A stretch of 63,941 nt of DNA, filler included, from Octopus bimaculoides (lineage: Eukaryota): the NCBI RefSeq assembly GCF_001194135.2. It is 10 parts of 8 records of this genome, joined end to end, with 100 filler letters (N's around TTAATTAATTAA, not from the genome) between each part and the next. Parts side by side here need not be neighbours in the genome. Positions count along the whole stretch, not along the records: positions 44,429 to 55,256 come from NC_068996.1; positions 55,357 to 57,630 come from NC_068982.1; positions 57,731 to 62,734 come from NC_068985.1; positions 62,835 to 63,941 come from NC_068982.1; 6 more parts are not named here. One strand, given 5' to 3'. A model generated the notes under the pieces. That model was not told where the DNA came from. It was given only the letters and a program-made list of their open reading frames with translations, and did no database searches. The translations under genes were made by a program, and so were the position numbers. Each line of letters opens with the position of its first letter. Positions within the stretch are counted from its first letter, which is position 1. Below are positions 53,943 to 63,941 of the stretch, in pieces.

Positions 53943-54138
53943 TCCTCGTCGCCACTGTTGTAATCCTTAAATGTTGATTGTTATAACACAGTATAGGTAG
54001 TAAGACCACGATTATCTATGACCGTCTACTTCGTACTTTCTCTTTATACTGACCGACGTTACCTTATTTTATAGCGACTAGCATAAACCACTCATTACGT
54101 GAGAGAGATGCACCATTATCACTATTATCCCCATAACA
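53943..54138 (-). repeat. 5' LTR (53956-54138) and tRNA-Ser-type PBS (53943-53954) of Gypsy 1
   Basis: LTR TGTTATGG...TTACAACA, then G and TGGCGACGAGGA (complement of a tRNA-Ser(GCU) 3' end, from memory). Confidence 0.75.
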
Positions 54139-54649
54139 GTCACACAGTGGAACTGGACCCAGAACCATATAGTTGGAAAGCAAACTTCTTACAACACAGC
54201 AGTGCCTGCACTTATGTAAGTGACTGAACTTAAATGAAAGAAAGTAACATTCAACACATTTGGTGGGAGTTACATGCGTTTATTAATAGTTTGATTCAGC
54301 GCCACATTACTTAGAATTTCATGGGCATGTAGGATGTGTCCGACTTGTCAGATGTTCAAAGACAGATTAGAGACTTTGAAATGAATTCAAAATGCCTTCT
54401 AATTGTTTAACCCTCTATTGGTTAGTTACAATCATGTGATAGTATTGTTATCAAAATAGCATCAGCTATGTTCTTTATTTTTAGGTCTACATGTTGGAAC
54501 CACTTTGAGAGCAGGCTGCAGTTTGGTATATTCAACAACACCAGTTCCTTGTATCGGGTATTGCATGTATGGTGTAGACAATTTCAGTCATTAGTCTGTG
54601 GAATTTAAATATATTAGCAACAGCAGTCATAACATATGAATAATCAGTT

Positions 54650-55048
54650 TGTAGTGACGTAACATTGGCGCCAAAAGGCCGACGCCATTGCTGAATCCTT
54701 AACCACGCATGCGTGGGTTTCAACATCGAAGCGTTCCCGCTATTAGACTGTCTCTTACCAAGCCAGACAGCGACCAAGCAAGACGTCTAAGCAAGCTCTC
54801 CCATTTGAGTGTGGTTGAACCAAGTTGTCTCTATAACGACACCAGCTCGAAGAACCGTACATCTACATTTCAGGCTACTCTAAAACCGGACAATTAGAAG
54901 CTGTTTTATTTTCCACCGAACAATAAATATTTGTTGTTGTTGATCAGTTTGGAGTTTCTGCGTTCAGTTCTCTTCCAATTTAATGTAGGAGAGTTAGGTA
55001 TATATCTTAAGATATATAACCCACTCTCCTAAAGTGGTGACCCCGACG
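54650..55048 (+). mobile_element. 5' LTR (about 384 bp) plus tRNA-Trp PBS of a third LTR family
   Basis: Starts TGTAGTGA, AATAAA signal, terminal hairpin 54986-55031, PBS TGGTGACCCCGACG at 55035-55048. Confidence 0.8.
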
Positions 55049-55356
55049 AAGGAACGACTGCAGCCACGACAATCTGGACTGATCAGCATCATCATTGGTA
55101 TGAGCAACACGAGTTTCCGGCCGCCGTCATCATCATCATCATAACGACTTTTTGAACAATTTCACAGTGAGATATTGACTCTATAGCATTTCCGACTATA
55201 CGAACTCACATTGTGCCAAGCTAACACAGACGTTTTTTTTTTCTTTCTTTCTGACTNNNNNNNNNNNNNNNNNNNNNNNNNNNNNNNNNNNNNNNNNNNN
55301 TTAATTAATTAANNNNNNNNNNNNNNNNNNNNNNNNNNNNNNNNNNNNNNNNNNNN

Positions 55357-55410
<54 letters not shown>

Positions 55411-55734
55411 GAGAAAGAAAGAAAGAGAGAGAGAGAGAGAGCGAGAAATATATATATATATAAATATCCTTTCTCCTTTTCTCTCTTCCTACAAATACGT
55501 TAATCCTATATCAGTCTTGAAGTAGTCATATGACTAAAGACGTTCTTGCCATTACCATCCCATCCTTTTATTTAGAGATACCTAATGTATTCTTCCTTTT
55601 TTATTAACACAGTAGGTGTTATTTGAGAGAGTTTTGGTTTCCACCTTTCACCAGACAGAATTGAATGTATCTTTTAATACAGACTTTTAAGTGTGTTTTT
55701 ACTAAATTATCATTTCCTGTTTGAGTTTATGAGC

Positions 55735-55920
55735 ACATTAGGCCGGAGCATGTCCCAGTTTCCCGGGATAAGCTCCAAGCGACTGCAGACACTTTTAGCG
55801 GAGTGAACTAAAGTAACGTGAAATGAAATACCTTATTCAAAAACACAACTCGGCACCAAGTCTGAGAATCGAACCCACGATCTTATAATCGTGAATCTAA
55901 TATTCAAACCACCTGGCTAC
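55735..55920 (-). mobile_element. SINE family C-like, diverged
   Basis: GAGAATCGAACCCACGATCTTATAATCGTG...AACCACCTGGCTAC is a reverse tRNA-like head. Confidence 0.5.
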
Positions 55921-56039
55921 ACTCCTACACACTCTAGATTATGAATATATTAAGATTTTTTCCTCGATCCCTTGGACTCGTAATGTTGTTTATGAGTGAA
56001 GGGGATAACAACAAGTCCCCGGAATGGGACTCCGGTCCG

Positions 56040-56240
56040 TTGTAGAATTCAATGTCAGCAATTCTAGAGGGAAGGAATTAGTCGATTACATTGACTCAAG
56101 TATTTGGCTAGTACTTCATTTTATTGACTCCGAAGGTCTGAAAGGAAAAATTGATATCAGGGATTTGAACTCAGAACATGAAGAGCTGAAAGAAATAGCC
56201 CTAAATATTTTATCCGATGCGCTAACGATTCTTCTTGCTC
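56040..56240 (-). mobile_element. SINE family A, diverged
   Basis: TAGTCGATTACATTGAC...GATTTGAACTCAGAAC...GCTAACGATTCT. Confidence 0.7.
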
Positions 56241-57580
56241 ACTACCTTATATTAAGTATTAGCTATTCAAAATACTTAAAGAATAAGTCAAAAACTATTT
56301 CTGTAACTGAAACAGTCTAGTATATTCGCTCCGGTGTATGAAAAGCTAAGTTGGATCTCATTGAGATTTAGACTCAGATATATATATAAAAGTGAAACTA
56401 AATACTGTAAAGCAGTTACTTTGGTGCTGTCTCTCAAAAGTTCTCAAACAGAGTCTGTTTTAAGAAGTGGCACAATAATTTAACATCAAGTTCAAAACGG
56501 TACGTTGAATAGATAGCACACTAAGGCACAAATCTATTTCTAAAAGCAAATTTAATTACAAGAGCAATTCAGTCTGTTAACATTATGCAATCAATAAGAA
56601 GCATTGATTCGTTCGAAAAGTCACCAGAAATAAGTAAATGCAAATTGGTCTAAAGAAATATTTTATTAGTTTGTTCAATCATTTCTATTATTTCTATTAT
56701 TCTTTATTCGAAACTGTGATATTGATTTGTTGAAAGAAAGAATTAAATAAATAAAATATAATACCAAGGACAAAAGTTTGTAAAATGCATTTCTGTAAAC
56801 AAATAATCGAAATCGTTAACTTCCATTTTTACATTTTCTTGATTGATCTATTCATTACATTTTATTTTCTTATAATTGCTTTAAAATGATGAATAATTTA
56901 ATTGCCTTCAAAATGTATTGCTCCCATATAGCCTTGGCCGAATTGGTAAATCAAACTAAAAATATTTTGTTATATCAACGCTCAAGTTCACATGAAGAAT
57001 ATTGCAAACCAAACTCAAAACAAAATAAACTAAAAATAAGGTTCAATGTAAATTCAAATAATTTCTCTACGGCTGACATTAGTTCTAGATTTCCAGTTCA
57101 TGACATGAATGGATTTCTATAATTCAGCCTCGTCTTTTATCGTTTTCCAGAATATTATATGCTGTGACCAATTTTAGCTAATTAGTATACGAACACGTTA
57201 TCGTTGATATCCATAACCAGAATCATTACGTTCTCTGTATTTCTGTATATACTCATCATGTCTATATCTTCCCTATAATATACTTCATTGAGGAACTCTA
57301 ATAAAGCCAAAACACGTCTGTCGCTTATGCTAACGTATGTATATATTCCACCGAGATAATTTCTCTCAAACATATTGTAATTCAAATTAGATTCCAAGGA
57401 TTTCATATTGGGAAGGGCTCCACAGATAGAACTGAAATGACAAAGCATTCTATAAACAATTTCTGTCATAAATGTCTTATAACAAGAAGAGTCGTTGATG
57501 ACAGGGGTTTCAGTAAGGTTGAATTTCAAGTCACGATAGCAAAATTCTTGTATTATCTCTCTTTCATATTTTCTCCCCCT

Positions 57581-57630
<50 letters not shown>

Positions 57631-57805
57631 NNNNNNNNNNNNNNNNNNNNNNNNNNNNNNNNNNNNNNNNNNNNTTAATTAATTAANNNNNNNNNNNNNN
57701 NNNNNNNNNNNNNNNNNNNNNNNNNNNNNNGGGGAACCTGCAAAGCCCAGGAGCACATCGTTTTCTTTGATGCCGAACTGAAAAAAAAGGGTAAATAGAT
57801 TAATG

Positions 57806-57893
<88 letters not shown>

Positions 57894-58492
57894 CAACGAC
57901 GACGAAGACGACGATGATGATGATGATGAAGATGGCGATAAAGATGCCGATGATGATATATATACTACAGGATTATCATTTTACAGTTTGTATGTGTGTT
58001 TATGTTGGGATTTACATAAAGGATAAAGACAAGAGGAGAGGAATTACGATAGTATACACAATATGTTAATCCGCGAATGCGTAAGATTTCCTAATACTAG
58101 AGATCCTATAACTAGGGCCAATAAGAGAAATTAAGATCCAAGATCAACGTGGCACCCAGTGGCACAAGCCCTCCACCAACTCTTGTCCTTCCATGCATGC
58201 TTAGAGTGGGTCCATTTATCATCATCATTTTTTCCACGGTTATCTACTATTTGACAAATTCACTGGGATTGAACACCTTCAGAATAGAGAAATCGAATTA
58301 TTGATCCCTCTTCCTCCTTGATGTACGCAGCCAGTGAAGCAAGAAAGAAAATTGGAGGGATTCAGTTCAAACCTCGATAGCGGAAACACACGACATTCAA
58401 CTTTTATCACGCGAGCGTAGAAAACAGTTTGGCTAACCGAATGAAAGTTTGGGAGAAAGTACACACACACGAACACACACAAACACACACGG

Positions 58493-58547
<55 letters not shown>

Positions 58548-59437
58548 TCCTGAATTGCTCCAAATGTGGAGTAGATGAACAGCCGACAACTGTTAGAGGG
58601 TCGTTCATTACCTTACTTGTGTTGTTTTCCATTTGTATACATATATATATTTAAAAGATCATTGCAATATAACAGTACCACTTTCTAGCCAATGAAGCAC
58701 GGTAAAGGTAGGATTATACATAAGAAATAGTGGTACAACAAGGCACCAATGTTTACTGGAAATAGCACTCGATAACTATACGACGCTATGTAAAACTGCA
58801 CTGAAATATATACTGGCAAAGATGTACGCAGGCATCGAACATAAAAGTTTTCTTCTTACCTCTAGTCAGAACATCGGAAAAATGGACAACCTAGAATGGA
58901 TAATCTTGGATCCGTGTTTGGGACTTAACTGATGTTTGTTCTTGACAGACAGTAGAAATTATGCGTTACGAAACGCAATATTGATCACAGCTGGCCAAAA
59001 CAAAATTACCACTGAATTGACTGCGAGCTTTATAGATACGCACTTCCTTATTGTTGCAGTTTGTCAATGGCGAAATATATAAATGCTGTACTTGCAGTCA
59101 CTTCTGGACGGATTTCGTTTTGCTTAGCTCTGTGTTTTATGTTTTTTTAACACAATACTTATAGAAAAGGGAGTTCTTACGGATGAAAACATCCAAGCTT
59201 TGGCTTTACAACTACACAAATAACGTTAAGTATGTTATATACAATATACAAACAAATACATACATACAGACACACACACACACGCATGCGCGCGCATGTG
59301 CACATATATGATGTTCACTGAAATTTCAATTCTTTCTCCTTCATTGAGTTCTTTGCTAAATTCTTGCAAAAATGTTCTTGTATTTATGTGAGATATTCCT
59401 TTCGCTAACATCATGTTTGTATATACATTCATATGCC

Positions 59438-59503
<66 letters not shown>

Positions 59504-59517
59504 GGTATTATAAAAAC

Positions 59518-59555
<38 letters not shown>

Positions 59556-62282
59556 CTGTGTGTGTGCACGCGCGCATAAACACACACAGATATATTATAT
59601 GTATGCAGACACATAAACTTTCACATATATACATATATGTCCATTTTCCCACCTCCATCACCAGAAGCGCCACCACTGCTATCACCACCACCACCACCAC
59701 CACCTCCAAAATATATTTTAATATCTACAACAGTGTACCTATTATCAAAAGAACTTCGGAAATTCTTTAGAAGTTTCTGAATAATAGCAAAACAATATTT
59801 GTTTCAGACATCGGAATCTACAATGGGTATTGTATATATATTGAAATGTATTTCAATATATATGGCTGCCTTTCTCACGCTTTTTCTCTGTCTAAAAGTG
59901 TCTCTAATCTTCCGATTTCATTACCCACCAACCCTTCTCTTCGCATCCTTTCCTTTCTTCTTTCACTGTGTTTCAATATTTATCTTACCTTGTCTATCTT
60001 CCTTATCTTTGTATTATTTTCTTTCTGTCTGTTATTATCTATCTCTATTATTTTTTTCTTTTTCTCCTTCTCTGTGCATCAATTTTTTTTCGCTCTTCTC
60101 TTCTCTTTTCCTTTTTATCTGGCTGTAAATACATCAACTGATACGCACATACATGTTCAAATATATACATCTAAATGTATATATCTATATGTGTATACAC
60201 ACATACATGAACACATTCACAAACAGACACGTATACACACTTGCGCCCTTTCGGATACAAGCATACACGAGTGTTGGCGCAATATTTTATCAGAAAGTGC
60301 GACTGAAGTTACTCTTTTAGCAATCTAACATTTCAGCAATGTTAACCTTATCTTTCCTGCGTTTTTATTCTATAAAATATTTCAATCGGTCCATTTGCCT
60401 GTCATCATCAGATTCTATTGTAGCTATTTCCCTATGTTTACTTCAAACTCAGAGTTACAACGCTGTTAATAACAACAACAAAAACAATAATGCTTAAGAT
60501 TGAAGAGTGAGTCTCTATGTAGTAATCTGACCTGCTAGAAATAGCAAACAAGAGTCGTCATTGCTAGAATGTCTTGATCATAAATAATCTCATTCGGGGT
60601 TGCCCTGAGGCAAGCCAACGACTACGACATAAATAAGAAAAAAGAACGAGGAGGAGGAGGACGAAAAGAAGGAAACATAATTGGAGACATCAACAGCAAC
60701 GACATCAACAGCAGCACCAAAAGCAACAATAGCAACTCCAACTGCAACATCAGCAACAAATTGACGACCAACAAATACCTATGTTTGTATCGTTTTGCGT
60801 GCTTTTGTCTCCCACCACCGCTCGACAGCCGATGTTTGTTTGTTTCTTTCACCGTATCATAGCGATTTAACAAAAAGAGACCGATTGCATAAGTGCTTGG
60901 CTTTAAAAGAACAGAAAATAATGGTATGTCTTGGGGTCCATTTGTTCGATGAAACTCTTCAAGGTTGTACCCCAGCATGGCCACAGGCGAATGAAACAAG
61001 TAAGTGATAAAAGTTGAAAATTGAACCAGCCTTGTTCCCTAGCTATGTTGTTATTGTTATTGTTGTTGAGGTGTGATAAGCCCTAGGTCCACCTTAATCA
61101 AGCACAACTCTAATCAAAATCACCTCAGCCATGACCAACCGTTGATTTTAAGAAAAATGCCTACCGCTACGTTATGCTGTTGTTTTAGAGGTTTTCACCT
61201 CACCAAAAGGAAAGAAAGAAAGAATGTAACGCAAGGAAGAAGAAAGTGATGCTCACCAGACATCCGTTGGTATTTGTTATGGATGTGAGACTGGATCAAG
61301 GTCGAATGAAACAACTTGCTCAAGAGTACAACGTGTTCTTCCGTCCTTATTGCCTTAAATCAAATGCCCTAACTATAAGGTCACAAGGAAAAGAGACGCT
61401 GATATAGGTATAACATACCATTATTAATAAACAACAACAAAACAAATCATTCCATCCTCTTTATTTAAGATACGACGTTAATTTTGAAAGAAGTGTGATT
61501 GTTTCTAGCTATTCAACTAATCACAAATTTTTATCGTAATTAACCTGAGTTTTCGGATTTCTCTACTCCTGATATTTTTTTTATAAAGGTAAATTCATTC
61601 CAAAATGGTCCACAGTTTCTCAGTTTCATAAAACATTTTAAAAGTTTTACTAAACGAGGCTCACCATGACGTTTTGGCTAGCTAAAAATAACTAAATCTC
61701 TCTTAATTCATATTCTGCAGTGTTCAAAATTGGAAGACTAATGTAGCCATTGATAAAATATTCTGTGAAGCGAAAAGAAAGAAAGAAAAAAGAGTTTGGT
61801 CAATGACAGAAGCACATTTATTCAGAGCCGACCAGAGGATACACAACAACTACATCATTTAAAATATTGATGCTTTTTTCCGTTTTAAAACTTATCCATC
61901 TTTCTCTCTTCTGATCTTCAAGAGTTCGCTTGTCACTTCTTTTCCTGTCATACATCATTATCGTCGTCGCTGTCATCTTCATCCTCATTGTCAGCACAAC
62001 CACCACGACCATCACCATACAAATCAACATTATCATCAGGGTCCTTATCGTCATCGCAATCATCAGCATCGTCGTCGTCATCATACATGGATCAGATGGT
62101 ATCTTTTGACGCAGATTCTTTATGGCCAGGTGCACTTTTTCACTTGAGTCCTCACGTTTTCCTGAGCTGATATTTTTTACCTGAGTGCAGACGAATTTTC
62201 ACTGGTGTCTGCAAAACAAATGGCACCGCTACAGTTCTATATTTAAGAGATGAGGAATTATGTACATTATTTACATTTGACG

Positions 62283-62382
62283 GGCATATGGCGTAGTGGT
62301 TAAGAGAGCAGGTTACTAACCCCAAGATTCCAAGTTGGATTTCAGGCAATGACCTGAATAATAATAATAATAATAACAATAA

Positions 62383-62436
<54 letters not shown>
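62283..62436 (+). mobile_element. Short tRNA-headed SINE-like element ending in (TAA)n
   Basis: GGCATATGGCGTAGTGGTTAAG...AGTTGGATTTCAGGC (A/B-box-like), then GACCTG(AAT)n. Confidence 0.5.
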
Positions 62437-62437
<1 letters not shown>

Positions 62438-62734
62438 GAACTTAGCACCTGAGCAACTCTGGGCCCCTATAACAACTGAAGAGGTCACCCAGACACTGCA
62501 AAGACTAAGCAACTGGAAAGCACCTGGACACGACAAGATCCCCAATTTCTGGTTAAAACACCTGCCAGCAATGCATAAAAAGCTGGCAGAAAACTTTAAC
62601 AACATAATAGCAGATCCAGAAACAATGCCTGAATGGCTCACAAAAGGGAAAACCATCTTAATACCCAAATCCACGGAAACGGAGAAACCACAAAACTATA
62701 GACCTATAACCTGTCTCCCTACGATCTACAAAGC
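62437..62734 (+). mobile_element. R4/Dong-clade RT fragment, open frame, 5'-truncated
   Basis: PITTEEVTQTLQRLSNWKAPGHDKIPNFWLK...PEWLTKGKTILIPK...NYRPITCLPTIYK, running into a gap. Confidence 0.9.
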
Positions 62735-63941
62735 NNNNNNNNNNNNNNNNNNNNNNNNNNNNNNNNNNNNNNNNNNNNTTAATTAATTAANNNNNNNNNN
62801 NNNNNNNNNNNNNNNNNNNNNNNNNNNNNNNNNNCTCAGGTCATATAAATATAAATTTAATATTTGCTTAATATTTACTGAGTATTAATTGAAACAGCTG
62901 TAGGTGAAGATGATAAATTTGCTGTTAATAATAAACAATTGTTAACTTCCCAATCTCCATTTTCTTTTTCCTCTTTTATATGAATATAAACTATATGTTT
63001 ATATATATATATGTGTGTGTATGTGTGTATGTGTATACCTATTATTTTAAGGAAATTAATTCCCCCAAAATACTAGGTATTGAACCAGTATTTCCTTGGA
63101 TGAAACCATCCCTTCATGAGGTCAACACAACCTCTAATCAAATATATATTTATATATATCCAAAATTGCATCATATGCAGTGAGTGTAGAGAGAACACAA
63201 TATCTGTCGAAAAGTTACTTTTATTTTTTACATTTCGCAATCACGTTTGGCATGGCAGCTATAGTTTTATGCCAATCAAAACAATTACTAAGTCAAATAG
63301 ACACAGATAGTTGATCAATATCTATTCAGTCAGTATAAAAACAATTAAAATGACTGACGTGGTCTGAATAGATGCTGATCAATTATCTAAGTCAATTTGA
63401 TTCAATAAGGATTTTTATTGGCACTCCAAACAGAATATGTGGGTGTGTCTGTGTATGAGTGAGTTTATATGTATGTCAGTGTGTATGAGTGTGCATAAGC
63501 ATGTGTGTGGATAAGTTTGTGTGACTATATGTGTGTTGTGCATTAATGTGCATGTGCTTTGGTGAGAATACGTGCATGTGTGTGAGTTGGCTGTTCTCCA
63601 TCTCATTATCATTCAGGTGAGAATGCCAACCAACTCCAAGCCCTGGTGAAAGAGAAGGCTTTGAACTCAGGACAGTCAAAGTTTTCCCATAAAATTTAGC
63701 TTACAACAGAAAATATCCGAAGAAACAAAAGAAAATCTTTACCCTTCAGAGACAATTATGGCTGGCATGGCTGGACTAAAAATTTAGACTATTGCATTGC
63801 ATCTACTCCTTGTTATAGGAGCATGACAAGGTGGTGGTGGTGGTGGAGTGTTATACTTGCATAGTCAATATAATAATTAGTTATAAAGTTTATAACTCAC
63901 ATTTGCAATCAACTTTGTAAATCGTATGTGTCATTAGTAGC

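Larger units (their letters stand above)
48419..54138 (-). mobile_element. Gypsy LTR retrotransposon 1 (5' LTR-PBS-gag-pro-RT-start of RNase H), interrupted by three insertions
   Basis: MENLLAGLLELQHEQ, FSPSCVANSITEFKY, LTPDMFTCLVF, QLDTGSDITIV-type protease, FKPKRNVPFAA, CADFSTGLND, KLDLSEAYLQI, PFGVKVAPSIFQQ and QAFLGLVNYY. Confidence 0.92.

Overview
AT-rich, microsatellite-dense eukaryotic DNA with scaffold gaps. The SINE/LINE repertoire and the TTAATTAATTAA gap markers point to an octopus (cephalopod) assembly; this is an inference. I find one host gene: three in-phase minus-strand exons (6941-6771, 6583-6302, 5426-5227) encoding about 217 aa of a strongly diverged ionotropic-glutamate-receptor-type amino-terminal domain. 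Its first exon and downstream exons were not identified. The rest is transposon debris: three tRNA-derived SINE families, mariner/Tc1, CR1, RTE, R4/Dong and Penelope fragments. From 46.4 to 55 kb lies a nest built on a Gypsy element whose reading frame can be restored across three insertions: a Helitron, a 1-kb foldback element with a 4-bp TSD, and a 639-bp LTR-derived insert. That insert is the most unusual object here. It carries a covarying U5 hairpin followed by tandem units of long tRNA-Trp-complementary (PBS-like) sequence, and ends in its own integrase-type terminus. Family assignments and reference sequences are from motif recognition and memory, not database searches. SINE and fragment boundaries are approximate.
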